64,000 bases of DNA from an uncultured virus (IMG/VR IMGVR_UViG_3300037418_003661). Taxonomy: Duplodnaviria > Heunggongvirae > Uroviricota > Caudoviricetes. The notes beneath the pieces are model-generated. The model had not been told where the DNA came from, searched no databases, and saw only the letters and a list, made by a program, of their open reading frames with translations. Positions 1 through 9,585 of this stretch are shown piece by piece. Location of the stretch: the IMG/VR virus record IMGVR_UViG_3300037418_003661; one strand, 5' to 3'. Made by a program: the position numbers and the translations under genes. Position 1 is the stretch's first letter. Each line of letters opens with the position of its first letter.

Positions 1-3000
1 CCCTCGACGACGGCGCCGCCCCAGACCGAGCCCAGGGGCAGGTAACCAATACGCATACCGTACGCCAGCGACAGCGAGACCTGTGCCTTGTCGGCCTGAC
101 CCGCCCATTGCTGCGCCATGTCGAGCGTCGCCCGGATGGCACCCAGTTCTGCCTGGTCACGAGGACCGGCGCCAGCTGCCACCAGCTTTTCCATGCGCCC
201 CAACGACATGCGCTCCGTCTCGTTGACCATCATCGTGGTCGCCATGGTCTTGGTGACGACCTTGTACATGAGGTCTTCACGACTGGCCATGAACGACATG
301 GTCATGTCGCGCTGCATCGCGGTCAGGCGATCGACAAAGTACCCGGCGATGCCAGACGCCGACCAGTCTCGCAGACCCGCACGCTCCACCTCGCGGTAGG
401 GGTTGTAGCCCCGCAGGTCGCTCGCCACCGAGACCATCTTGGTCGCGCGCTGGGCAGCCCCCAATGGGTTGAAGGGGTTCATCGACATCCCGGCAACGAA
501 CTGGGCACCCCAACTCAAGCCGGTGCTCAGCCCCACCGCGAGCGCGGGCATGATGTCCAGGATACCCGCCAACCCGCTGCGCGGTGCCAGGTCGGCCCAG
601 CCAAAGTTGGTGACCGTCCCCGCCGCCCCGTGCAGCGTGTTCTCGCGGTCGATCTGGGTCTCCAGGGTCTCGCGCTTGGCAGACGCCAGCATGCCATAAG
701 CGTGGGTCGCCACCGCGCCGACAAACAGTGCCTGGACGCCACGACGGGCCAAGGCACGTCCGGGAGTCAGGCCGGTCTCGCCGTAGAGGTGTCCATAGGA
801 ACGCGCGAATTGACCTTGTGCGTGGGCATCACGCCACAGCTCTTGGGCACGCGACCAGTCGCCCCGCAGCGCCGCACCCCACCCCGCACGGCGTGTCGCG
901 CGCATCCCTGCGATGTGGGGGTTTGGTGCCAGGTTGAGCACGTCGGCGACGAGCCCGCCACCCGGCAGCTCGCGGATGAAGCGATTGGCAACTTGGTTGA
1001 CCGCCCGAAAACGCTCGTGCAGCGTCATGCGCTTGGCGTCGTGCTCGATCTCGTAGATCGTGTGAACGTGCCCGCTGGGCAACGTCACCGTCTTGACGTT
1101 GATCTTGCCGCCGCGCTGACGACGCAGGTCGAGCGCGAGCTGGCGGTCGGTGACCTGGACCTTCTTGAGCGACGACTTGTGGTCGTACACGCCCATGACA
1201 TCGTCGATGAACTTGCGGCCAACGTCCCCCGCTACCGCCCCGTAGGCTTCGCGCTGGACGCCCCACAAACCCTTGGAGATGCCCGCGTGCACGTCCATCG
1301 CGTACTCGCCCGCCTGACCAGCCGCCACCGTCGCGTCACGCACGAACGCCGACACCGGGCCATGCACGGGCGCGTTCAGCACCCGATCCCCGATGGTACG
1401 ACTGATCCGCCCCATCCCGGAAGCCGCCCGCGCACCGATCTCGGCCATGAACATGGTCGACCGGATCAAGCCGATGTTCATTCCCAGGTTGAAGAGCGTG
1501 TCGTCTACCCAACGAGCGCCATCGGCATAGGTGCCCTCCGCCTTCGCGTCGATCGGACGGTAGTCGGCAGAGCCGTAAACCCGCAGCTGCTCGTCTTGAT
1601 GGTTCCGACGATCGATCTGGGCGCCCAGGTTGACCAGCAGCGAGCCCAACGGCCCGCGGTTACCGCGTGCCTCGGTCAGCTCGCTCGCCGTGGCCGCCCA
1701 GCCACTGCCGAAGCGCTGGTTGACGTAGTCCGTGATCTGACCGCGCCACAGCTCGCCGAAGGTGGGCAGCATTGCCTCGCGGTCGCTTCGCGTGATGACG
1801 TCCGGCATGGACGACGGCAACTGCCCCTCGTGTCCACCTGCGTACATCTCGGTGTAGAGGTGGCGATAGAAGCGCCCGGCCGAACGCATCGGGTTGACGA
1901 ACGATCCCTGCTCGTGCGTGGCCGCTGCCCACGCGTACGCCTTGCGCGTGTCGGCATCGAAGATGACCTGGGGGTCCACGACGTACTGCCACGCCTTGCG
2001 TTGGCCGCCCAGCGAGATGCCGTGCAGGGGCATCATCGACGGCATGAAGGTGCCCAACTTCGTGAACGGCATGCGCAACTGCTCGCCCGCACCGAAGTCG
2101 AAGTTGGACTGAACCTGACGAGCGATGTCGGCTGCCACACGGGCATCGCGGGCGTGCAGCATCACTTCGGTGGAGCGCTCGCCGTTGTAGCCTTCCACCG
2201 CGGTCTTGGAGAAGCGCATGGAGCCCACCATGTAGGTGTCACCCATGGCGATGACGTTGGCGTGCCACGGGCGGTTGCCCCAACCCACATGCAGGTTGGT
2301 CAGCGTGCGTCCTGCCGCCGTTAGCTTCTGGAACGCACGACCCTCGTTATTGATGTCTTGCTGGTTCAGACCACCCAAGCCCACGTAGACCTGATCGCCG
2401 CGGCGCGCCTTCTGGATGATCGAGTCCAGGACGTGCGGATCGGAGAGCGTGGCCGACGCGATGTACAACGCTGCGTGGTTACCCCGATCCCCGATGATGC
2501 GGCTCAGCACGTCCAGCGCGGTGCCCGTGTCCTTGGGACTGGCGACCAGCAGATTCTGGGTCGAGACCGGCGCACGACCAGCAGCGATCGCGCCCAGCAC
2601 CGTGTCCATCTGGCGGACGAGGTTGGCATCGCGGGTTGCCACGAAGTAGTTGAACTGGGTCTTGTCCTGGCCGGAGAAGCGGCTGTACTCCGGCAGCGTC
2701 GCCATGCCCAAACCCGTCTTGGTCATGTTGGCGGTGCCAACGAACATCACACGATCGCCGGTCGGGCTCGTGAACTCGCCGACCTTGGCGTGCAGACGCG
2801 AGCCGAAGGTCTTGCGATCGGCTTCGATCAGGTTCGTGTGACCCTTCAGGGTCTCGTAGGCTTGGGGGTTGGACCACTTCGCGGTGGTGCGCTCCGAACC
2901 CACGATGCGACCGCCGCCGGACAGAACCGAACGCGTGAGCCGGTTGTCCTCCACCTCGTAAGTGGTCATGACCGAACGCGACGACATACCGAGCAGGCTC

Positions 3001-3065
3001 AGTCGAGCCTGCTCGTCATCCCGGCCAAACCAGGTAGGCGAGGTGCGATCGTAGAAGGTGGGCAT
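1..3065 (-). CDS. Large protein (>=1021 aa, truncated by the window edge) with N-terminal tandem phospholipase D/nuclease (HKD) domains; probable virion/ejection protein
   Basis: Not in the ORF track because there is no stop in the window. Hand translation from ATG at 3065, 3 nt after the terminase stop, gives MPTFYDRTSPTW...; motif 1 LHAKVGEFTSPTGDRVMFVGTANMT (H92, K94); motif 2 WHANVIAMGDTYMVGSMRFS...ERSTEVML (H268); then Gly/Ala-rich hydrophobic segments. The plus-strand ORFs 108-2324 and 2358-3440 are its antisense shadows. Confidence 0.8.
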   Translation of the reverse strand, partial: MPTFYDRTSPTWFGRDDEQARLSLLGMSSRSVMTTYEVEDNRLTRSVLSGGGRIVGSERTTAKWSNPQAYETLKGHTNLIEADRKTFGSRLHAKVGEFTSPTGDRVMFVGTANMTKTGLGMATLPEYSRFSGQDKTQFNYFVATRDANLVRQMDTVLGAIAAGRAPVSTQNLLVASPKDTGTALDVLSRIIGDRGNHAALYIASATLSDPHVLDSIIQKARRGDQVYVGLGGLNQQDINNEGRAFQKLTAAGRTLTNLHVGWGNRPWHANVIAMGDTYMVGSMRFSKTAVEGYNGERSTEVMLHARDARVAADIARQVQSNFDFGAGEQLRMPFTKLGTFMPSMMPLHGISLGGQRKAWQYVVDPQVIFDADTRKAYAWAAATHEQGSFVNPMRSAGRFYRHLYTEMYAGGHEGQLPSSMPDVITRSDREAMLPTFGELWRGQITDYVNQRFGSGWAATASELTEARGNRGPLGSLLVNLGAQIDRRNHQDEQLRVYGSADYRPIDAKAEGTYADGARWVDDTLFNLGMNIGLIRSTMFMAEIGARAASGMGRISRTIGDRVLNAPVHGPVSAFVRDATVAAGQAGEYAMDVHAGISKGLWGVQREAYGAVAGDVGRKFIDDVMGVYDHKSSLKKVQVTDRQLALDLRRQRGGKINVKTVTLPSGHVHTIYEIEHDAKRMTLHERFRAVNQVANRFIRELPGGGLVADVLNLAPNPHIAGMRATRRAGWGAALRGDWSRAQELWRDAHAQGQFARSYGHLYGETGLTPGRALARRGVQALFVGAVATHAYGMLASAKRETLETQIDRENTLHGAAGTVTNFGWADLAPRSGLAGILDIMPALAVGLSTGLSWGAQFVAGMSMNPFNPLGAAQRATKMVSVASDLRGYNPYREVERAGLRDWSASGIAGYFVDRLTAMQRDMTMSFMASREDLMYKVVTKTMATTMMVNETERMSLGRMEKLVAAGAGPRDQAELGAIRATLDMAQQWAGQADKAQVSLSLAYGMRIGYLPLGSVWGGAVVE

Positions 3066-3068
3066 GCG

Positions 3069-5048
3069 TTACCAGTCGGCTTGGGTCACCGACGTCTTCC
3101 GCCCCATGGTCCGAATCGTCGCCCCTGCATTTCTGGGCGCGTTGTTGATCAACCGTTGATTGCTGCGTGCGGCCATGGCACGACCCTCATCGAAGATGTC
3201 GGAGATGACGCCCGCCGCACGCACCTTGCCGACCGTGCGCATCTTGTCCGAACCCACTTCGAAGCTGCGGTACTTGCGCTCGTCCTGGGCGATCTTGTAG
3301 ATGACGCAGGCCAGGCAGTCGGACAAGTCCTTCGAGCCGCGGGGCTTCGGGTGATCGATGCGACGACCGTTCATCAGCTTCAGCTCGATCAACTCCTTGT
3401 GCAGCTGGGCAGCGGCGGGCGACACGCTCGGGTCCGGTAGCTGGATGCGCTCGGCGTAGAGCCAGTCGCGCAAGGTCAGGTAAATGTCGCGCTGGACCTG
3501 CTGACTAAAGCTCGACTTCCACTCGCGGGTATTCACGCCCTTCGAGTACAGGCGTTGGATGATCATGGCACTCTGCCAGTGGTCGAAGGTCATGTCCCGC
3601 AGGGTGATGTAGGGAGCCAGCTCCAGGATGATCTCTTCCACGTTCATGAAGTCCGTGGGGTAGATGTTCTTGCGGCCCTTGTCGAGCGGCTGCCACTTCA
3701 GGATGGTGTGCACGTCCGCGTGCACCAACCCCGTGGCTGCGTCGTAGAAAGGCGAGGCGGCCACGAAACCGAAGCTGTCCTTCTTCAGACCGGGGTCTCC
3801 GTGCGCGTAGCTTTGGAAGCCGATCGGAACGCTGATCGCATCGCGGTCGACGTGGATCTTGATGCCTGCCTTGATCTGCACGCCATCGGGTCCGACCACC
3901 TGCGTCTCGATGGCCTCGTAGCCGACCGGCAGACTCATGCGCGTCGTGACCTTCTGGACCAGCGGCTTCTGGAAGTAGGACTCCTCCGAACCGGGGCGGA
4001 CGCCTGCGTAGTCGCGCTGCGCCTCGATGCCGCGTGCAGCGAACTCTTTGCGCATGAAGGGGTGCTCTTCGCCCAGCTTCGCGAACTCCGGGTTGATGTC
4101 CCAGGTGCAGAGGCGGAACGCCAGGATGTTGGCGCCCTCCTCGGTCTCTGCCATCTCGTACATCGTGTCCGTGATGTCGCCTTCCGCCCAGGCGGAGGAG
4201 ATGACGATGCGCTTGGAGCCGAACTTCTGGAGGGTGGTGACACCCTTGCCGACGTTGGCGTACATCTCCGCGCCCGACGCACCGCCTTGGGCTTCGACAC
4301 CAAAGCGGTTGCCCTCGTCCATCGCGAAGATCATCAGGGTACGGCCGACCAGACCCTCGGAACGGCTGTGACCGGCCCAGAGCAGGAGGTTCTTGCTTTC
4401 GCAGTAGATCTCCAGCGCGTTGACCTGGATGACGCCGGTGGCCATGAGACCCTGGAAGTAGGGGCTGTGCTCGATACGACCCTTGACGGCGGCGAACAGC
4501 GTGTCCTTGGACTGCTTCTCGGAGGTTGCCAACACGAGGAAGGCAATCAGGGATCCCGCCATCAAACCGAACGACGCGGCAGGGTCCTTGAGCTGCAGGA
4601 GCTTGTAGAACTCGAAGGTCACCATGATGGAGGTCAGCGAGGTCTTGGAGCCGCGCATCCCGCACTCCAAACACAGCTCTTGGTACTCCTGGCCTTCGAC
4701 CCAGGTGGTCTTGTTGTCCAGTGACCACTGCTGGAGGATCTCGCGCTCGTCCCACGGATCGTCCGGGTGCATGTCGTAACGGGAGCACCAGCTGAAGATC
4801 TCTTCCTCGCGCTCGGCGCTCGTCCGGCCCGTGAGGTTGATGCACAGGTCGCGCCAGAGCCCCTTCTCCAGCGGCAGGTTGTACAGCGCCTTGAGGATGG
4901 CACGCTGGGTCGGCCACAGACGGACGCCCAGGATCTCTGTAGCGAACTGGACAACGTCCATCGTTGTCTGGTCCTGCTGCATACCTTCTGCCACGATCTC
5001 GTGGATGAAGCTCTGTGCCTTGAGCAGTGGCTTGTTGATCTTACTCAT
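3069..5048 (-). CDS. terL: Terminase large subunit
   Basis: LWPTQ adenine-binding motif, Walker A CGMRGSKT, Walker B IFAMDE, coupling motif VISSA, RNase H-like nuclease motifs HGDPG, TFDHWQS and DHPKPRGSKDLSD. Confidence 0.92.
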   Translation of the reverse strand: MSKINKPLLKAQSFIHEIVAEGMQQDQTTMDVVQFATEILGVRLWPTQRAILKALYNLPLEKGLWRDLCINLTGRTSAEREEEIFSWCSRYDMHPDDPWDEREILQQWSLDNKTTWVEGQEYQELCLECGMRGSKTSLTSIMVTFEFYKLLQLKDPAASFGLMAGSLIAFLVLATSEKQSKDTLFAAVKGRIEHSPYFQGLMATGVIQVNALEIYCESKNLLLWAGHSRSEGLVGRTLMIFAMDEGNRFGVEAQGGASGAEMYANVGKGVTTLQKFGSKRIVISSAWAEGDITDTMYEMAETEEGANILAFRLCTWDINPEFAKLGEEHPFMRKEFAARGIEAQRDYAGVRPGSEESYFQKPLVQKVTTRMSLPVGYEAIETQVVGPDGVQIKAGIKIHVDRDAISVPIGFQSYAHGDPGLKKDSFGFVAASPFYDAATGLVHADVHTILKWQPLDKGRKNIYPTDFMNVEEIILELAPYITLRDMTFDHWQSAMIIQRLYSKGVNTREWKSSFSQQVQRDIYLTLRDWLYAERIQLPDPSVSPAAAQLHKELIELKLMNGRRIDHPKPRGSKDLSDCLACVIYKIAQDERKYRSFEVGSDKMRTVGKVRAAGVISDIFDEGRAMAARSNQRLINNAPRNAGATIRTMGRKTSVTQADW

Positions 5049-5256
5049 GGGACTTGCCCTCCGGGGACGCCTCGGGCAGCGCGTAGCTCATGATGGCGTC
5101 GAGGGGAACCTTGATCCATACGCTCTCCGCATCGGAAGCCATCACCGTCACAGGTACCAGCTCCTGAACGAAGCGCAGCCCCACCGCGTTCGGCTCGTCT
5201 TGCACCACCTTGAACAGGCGGCGCATGAGGTCGAACGCGAGGGGAATGCGAGCCAT
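5041..5256 (-). CDS. Hypothetical protein (71 aa)
   Basis: Fills the gap between the amidase and terL, overlaps the terL start and has AAGA/GG upstream; no motif recognised. Confidence 0.6.
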   Translation of the reverse strand: MARIPLAFDLMRRLFKVVQDEPNAVGLRFVQELVPVTVMASDAESVWIKVPLDAIMSYALPEASPEGKSHE

Positions 5257-5260
5257 GGTC

Positions 5261-6028
5261 TTAGCCCTTGATGATGTCGAGCATCATGAACTTCTCGTGA
5301 CCGGCCTTGAGCGCGTCGTAGATGCGCAGCAGCTCGGTCATGATGCCGTTCATGTTCCCGGCACCCACATCCACACGGAATCGGCCGTAGCCGTCCTGCT
5401 GGGCGTAGCTGGCGTGGTCGCTAACGACCTTCATCTGGATCATCTTGCCGGTCTTCCAGATGCTGTTGGCATTCGGCTGGTCGCAAGCCATCTGGTCGAT
5501 CGTCTCCGTCGCGCGGGGGTCGATTCGGTGCCAGGCACAGTACTCCGCGGCCAGGCGGGCACCCACCATAAGCTGCGCCTTGGTGACCGGCTGGCCGGAG
5601 GCCATTGCCATGAACGAGATGCCGATCGAGCCCGTGTTGCGCGCCCAGAGGTGCTTGCCCTTCTGGTTGCCCTTGAGGAAGCGCACGGCGTACGCCTGAC
5701 CGGTCTTCGCGTCGTACACCACGCCGAACTGGTAACCGTCCCAGCACTGGTTGTAGTTGCCCGCGCTCCAGTGGAAAATGATGCGCTTGGACGTACCGGG
5801 ATCGCCGTCCTTCTGGTCGTTCTCGTAGCAGAGCTGCAGCGTGAGCGTGTTGCTCAACTTCACGGACGTGTGCCGTGCCGCGTAGTGACCGGTCAGGTCG
5901 TAGGCGATCGGTTGGGTGGTCGTCGGATGCACGACCGGCGCGAGCAACAGACCGGGTGCCTCGCACTCGGTCACCTCGTACCAGGTCGGGTGCTCCAGCT
6001 TCAGTTGGGTGAGGTTCTTGTCAGCCAC
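5261..6028 (-). CDS. Endolysin, N-acetylmuramoyl-L-alanine amidase (Amidase_2-like)
   Basis: IIFHWSAG, YQF, HLWARNTGSIGISF and VSDH motifs match the zinc amidase pattern; about 75-aa N-terminal extension. Confidence 0.8.
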   Translation of the reverse strand: MADKNLTQLKLEHPTWYEVTECEAPGLLLAPVVHPTTTQPIAYDLTGHYAARHTSVKLSNTLTLQLCYENDQKDGDPGTSKRIIFHWSAGNYNQCWDGYQFGVVYDAKTGQAYAVRFLKGNQKGKHLWARNTGSIGISFMAMASGQPVTKAQLMVGARLAAEYCAWHRIDPRATETIDQMACDQPNANSIWKTGKMIQMKVVSDHASYAQQDGYGRFRVDVGAGNMNGIMTELLRIYDALKAGHEKFMMLDIIKG

Positions 6029-6041
6029 GGGGTCCTGCTTT

Positions 6042-6476
6042 CTAGAGTTGGGTCGGGTCGATCACCGCGACCATCACCACGCGAGGTGGCTTGAGGAGGG
6101 AGTCGTACCCAATGTAGAAGATGTCACCGTGCGAGCGCTGGAGCATGAAGGCCATGTCCAACAGTGCACGGCCAAAGCGCATCGTGCGGGTGTGGGGTGT
6201 GTTCAGGTCGTCGGTGGGATTCGAGACGTCCACCACCACCCGATGGGATTCGGTAAAGGTCTCGTCATACACAACATACCCTTGCTGATCCACTTCTGGC
6301 AGATCGATCAAGTAGACGAAGGGTTCTACGACCTTGACGGCATCCGCGTGCGTCAGGATCAACATCAGCTTGTGGTCACCCAACGTGTCCAGTCCCCGGA
6401 AACCGCCGGGCGCGGAAGCGGCCAAGGTCTTCAGGGCGTCGCGGACTTGGGGATCGAGCAGAACGAGCGAGTTCAT
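6042..6476 (-). CDS. Hypothetical protein (144 aa)
   Basis: Tightly packed in the operon with typical codon usage. Confidence 0.7.
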   Translation of the reverse strand: MNSLVLLDPQVRDALKTLAASAPGGFRGLDTLGDHKLMLILTHADAVKVVEPFVYLIDLPEVDQQGYVVYDETFTESHRVVVDVSNPTDDLNTPHTRTMRFGRALLDMAFMLQRSHGDIFYIGYDSLLKPPRVVMVAVIDPTQL

Positions 6477-6481
6477 GGCGG

Positions 6482-8236
6482 CTACCTGTTGTTGTCGGCA
6501 CGCAGCTGGTTCAGCTTCGTGTACAGCGGCTTGAGGCGCTCACGCAGCCCGGATGCCTGGGCAATCGCAGCAGCCTTGACGGTCTCGTCCATCGACGTTG
6601 CACCGATGCTGTTGTTGTACTGGCTGATCGCCGTGTCGGCAGCATCGATGGCAGAGGATGCGGCACCAATGGCTGCCGTACCCGCAGCTTGCAGCTTGGG
6701 ATCTCCCTTGGTCAGGTCCACCGTATTCAGCTGCCGTTGGCCCGCCGTGGCCGCGTAAGCAGCAACAGCCGTGGCCGCCTTGGCAACCTTGCCCTCGGCC
6801 GCGGTCACCAGTTGGGCGGCCGACTCGAAGTTCTTGCCGTTTGGTGTTGCCGTGCGAGTGCGCGGGGCCGGGTCGGTGATCTTGCCACCGCCGCCCAGCA
6901 CCTGGTTGCTGGCACCGCCCGCGGGGATCTTGGTGTCCTGCTTGGCCTGCAGGGTCTCCTTGGTCGCGCGCTGCACCAGGGTCGTGTCCGCATCCGAACC
7001 ACCCTCGATGCCGCCCACGGCAAAGCACTGGAACTTGTAGTAGGTACGGGCATCGTCGCGGTACCAGCGGGTGTAGTTGGTCACGATGACCTGGTACTTG
7101 ATGCGCACCACGCCGCTGAAGATCTCGAAGTCGACCGCCGTGCCGCCCTTTACCGCGTTGTCGAGGAACACCCGCGACACCTGCCACGAGCCGCCCTTCT
7201 TCTCCGGGTCCGTGTAGAGCGGGTCGGGGTTGTAGGGATCGTGGTAGCCGACCTTGTGCAGATCTTGGTTCAACAGACGCGCCTGGTCCCAACCCAAGAA
7301 CGCTCCCACGAACTCGATCATCAAACCCTGGATGCCCAAGGACTGGTAGACAGGCGCACCGCCGGGAATGAGCAGCGTCGCGTAGTTCTGGACGTGCACG
7401 AAACGGATGCCCGCCTCGGCACCGGGTGCTTGCTGACCCTGTACCCCACCGTGGATGGGCAGGATCGAGTTGGTGGCAGGGGGCAGCTCGAACGGCACGT
7501 TCGCGAGCTTGACCTCCATGTGACCTGCGTGACCCACGTTGACCTGGTGCGTGGGTGGCGTGCGCGTGAAGGTAGGCGGCGTGTCGTCCGGCCAGTAGTA
7601 CTCGACCAGCTGCGGCTGGGGTGGCCGGTAGCCGAAGTTGAGACCGTACTGCTTGGCGAGCAGCCCCAATGCTGCACCGGCCAGGTTGGGCAACAGGACG
7701 CCCGTGATCGCGTCGGCCGCCACACCCCCGAAGTTGCCTTGCAAGATGTCGGCCAGGATCGTGTCGCGCGTCGAGGGCGACATGTTCGAGAGCACCGCTC
7801 CGACGGCCGGAATGTGCTGACCGAACGTGTCGAGCACACTGTCCATGACCTGGACGCCCGTGCCCGGCCACGAGAGCGTGGAGATCACCGCACCGGGGTT
7901 TTGGGCGACCGTGTCGATCGCGTCGATACCCTTCTGGTACAGCTCGCCGACGATGCCCTGCACGCCGCTGTCACCACTGGCGGGTAGGAGTCCCGTCTGG
8001 TAGAGCATACCGTCGAGGTAGGTCTGGCCGTCGAGGTAGTTGTTACCGGTGCCCGCCTTCGCCTGTCGGATGCGATGGGCGACGTCCGGGGGCATCTCGT
8101 TGTTGTTGGCCGAGGCCAGCAGGGTATCCCCAAGCGTTGGATCCCCGGAGAGTTGGTTGACGCCCAGAACTGTTGGCTGCTTCGTAACAGAAGCAGCCAG
8201 GTTCGCGAACTCGGCAGTCAGGAACTCCAGCCCCAT
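6482..8236 (-). CDS. Virion structural protein with a central tube-initiator/P2 gpU-like domain
   Basis: Segment QNYATLLIPGGAPVYQSLGIQGLMIEFVGAF...YQVIVTNYTRWYRDDARTYYKFQC resembles tube-initiator folds; Ala-rich helical C-terminus. Confidence 0.5.
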   Translation of the reverse strand: MGLEFLTAEFANLAASVTKQPTVLGVNQLSGDPTLGDTLLASANNNEMPPDVAHRIRQAKAGTGNNYLDGQTYLDGMLYQTGLLPASGDSGVQGIVGELYQKGIDAIDTVAQNPGAVISTLSWPGTGVQVMDSVLDTFGQHIPAVGAVLSNMSPSTRDTILADILQGNFGGVAADAITGVLLPNLAGAALGLLAKQYGLNFGYRPPQPQLVEYYWPDDTPPTFTRTPPTHQVNVGHAGHMEVKLANVPFELPPATNSILPIHGGVQGQQAPGAEAGIRFVHVQNYATLLIPGGAPVYQSLGIQGLMIEFVGAFLGWDQARLLNQDLHKVGYHDPYNPDPLYTDPEKKGGSWQVSRVFLDNAVKGGTAVDFEIFSGVVRIKYQVIVTNYTRWYRDDARTYYKFQCFAVGGIEGGSDADTTLVQRATKETLQAKQDTKIPAGGASNQVLGGGGKITDPAPRTRTATPNGKNFESAAQLVTAAEGKVAKAATAVAAYAATAGQRQLNTVDLTKGDPKLQAAGTAAIGAASSAIDAADTAISQYNNSIGATSMDETVKAAAIAQASGLRERLKPLYTKLNQLRADNNR

Positions 8237-8245
8237 GGGCGTCTC

Positions 8246-8707
8246 CTACTTCGTGCGGCTTACCGCGGGCGGATCGGCCGGGGGTGCTGCCTTCTGCGGC
8301 GACCAGTTCATGATGAGCGTGAGGGTCAACCCCAGTGCCGACAACCCAACGGTGATCAGGGTCACGTAGGTCGCCGTCGTGTTGGAGTGCATGCTCTTCA
8401 GCAGCTCCAGGTGGTTGTGGTTGGTCTCGGCAATGGCCTCTTGAGCGGCATTCACCGCGGTTCCCAGCAGCGCCATCTGCTGCTGGGTCGCATCCAGACG
8501 AGCTTGGATCTCGTGCCGCGGCACGAAGCTCTGAGGCAGTGCCTTCAACTCGTTCAAGGTCGCACGAATCTCGTCGAGCTTCGAGTTCAACACGGCCAGT
8601 TGCTGGTTGTTCTGACTGGTCTGCGAGGCCGTCTCTGCCAGGCGCTTGTCCAGCTCCTGCAGCTTCTGCTCCAGCAAACCAATTCGCTGCTCCAACACTT
8701 CGGACAT
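8246..8707 (-). CDS. Coiled-coil protein with a single C-terminal transmembrane helix (XhlA/holin-like)
   Basis: Heptad-rich N-terminus (LEQRIGLLEQKLQELDKRL) followed by YVTLITVGLSALGLTLTLIM. Confidence 0.5.
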   Translation of the reverse strand: MSEVLEQRIGLLEQKLQELDKRLAETASQTSQNNQQLAVLNSKLDEIRATLNELKALPQSFVPRHEIQARLDATQQQMALLGTAVNAAQEAIAETNHNHLELLKSMHSNTTATYVTLITVGLSALGLTLTLIMNWSPQKAAPPADPPAVSRTK

Positions 8708-8717
8708 GGGCTTCTCC

Positions 8718-9044
8718 TTACGGCCGCAAGCTATCGAGAACCAACACGCTGAAAAGCCCCGTAGACTGGGACTTCCCGTTCTGGAAGGTCACGACAACCT
8801 CCCCGGAGTAGGTACCAACAGTGTTGGTGTCGCCGTTCTGCCAGGCATACTCGGCCTTGCCGTCTTCGGCATCGGTCACGGTGCAGGCGCGATGGTCGAT
8901 CAGGAGGTTCGTGGAGTCGGTGCCCATCGAGAACGTGATGGACGAGACGTCTGTCAGGTCGACACAACTTCCATCTCGCTTCTTGAGATGGAACTGCAGG
9001 ATCGGGAGCAAGTCCTTCTTGTAGATGGAAAATTCGATGGCCAT
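8718..9044 (-). CDS. BppU N-terminal-like Ig-fold virion protein
   Basis: DLLPILQFHL...VDLTD...VTDAEDGKAEYAWQNGDTNTVGTYSGEVVVTF is the typical BppU_N pattern. Confidence 0.7.
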   Translation of the reverse strand: MAIEFSIYKKDLLPILQFHLKKRDGSCVDLTDVSSITFSMGTDSTNLLIDHRACTVTDAEDGKAEYAWQNGDTNTVGTYSGEVVVTFQNGKSQSTGLFSVLVLDSLRP

Positions 9045-9045
9045 G

Positions 9046-9177
9046 CTAGTCCCCCAGCACCAAGGTCAACACGACGGACGGCGTCATCACCAGTGCCAAG
9101 GGGGCACTGTCGATCACCAGACCGAGGGTCTGATCGTTCTCGATGATCAGCACGAGCGAAGTCGTAGGATCGGTCAT
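9046..9177 (-). CDS. Small hypothetical protein (43 aa)
   Basis: GGAGGAG upstream of the ATG at 9177 (MTDPTTSLVLII...); its stop abuts the next start. Confidence 0.55.
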   Translation of the reverse strand: MTDPTTSLVLIIENDQTLGLVIDSAPLALVMTPSVVLTLVLGD

Positions 9178-9222
9178 CGGCGTGGGGCTCCTCCACGAGC
9201 ATGGTGGAGTGAAACTGCGTCT

Positions 9223-9264
9223 AACTTCTGGGCGACGCAACCGAAGCTGCGTCGCCCAGAAGTT
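9223..9264 (-). other. Long RNA hairpin with a cUUCGg tetraloop (terminator or mRNA stabiliser/processing site)
   Basis: Perfect 17-bp inverted repeat AACTTCTGGGCGACGCA (9223-9239 and 9248-9264); the minus-strand loop reads GC-TTCG-GT; no clear U-tract. Confidence 0.7.
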
Positions 9265-9300
9265 GGAGTGAGGAGGAGAGGGAAGGAATGGAGCGGAAAA

Positions 9301-9585
9301 CTAGGCACGCGCCTTGTCGAGGACCGTGGTGATCAGCTTCTCGGCCAGCGCCTCGATGTTGGCCGCCACGCCGTGCAGCATGGCGTCGTTCTCCAGGAGC
9401 AGCTTGGCGTACGCGGGGATCTGGGGGATCGCTTCGATGGCCGCCTTGGCATCCTTGACGATGGTTTCGACAGCAGCCGCTGCATCGGCCGTGGCTTCAG
9501 CGGCGTTCAGCTTGCGTTCGACCGCGGCTTCCAGGATCGACGCGATGACCTGCTCCGCGTCCTGCAACAATTCGTTGGGGGTCAT
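9301..9585 (-). CDS. Ala-rich helical hypothetical protein (94 aa)
   Basis: AAAGGAG RBS and strong codon bias. Confidence 0.75.
   Translation of the reverse strand: MTPNELLQDAEQVIASILEAAVERKLNAAEATADAAAAVETIVKDAKAAIEAIPQIPAYAKLLLENDAMLHGVAANIEALAEKLITTVLDKARA

Noticed and set aside
3069..5048. Possible intein or intron in the rather long terminase
   Set aside because: No C/S...HN-C/S/T splice motifs or LAGLIDADG blocks; the extra length is a short N-terminal insertion and a basic C-terminal tail.
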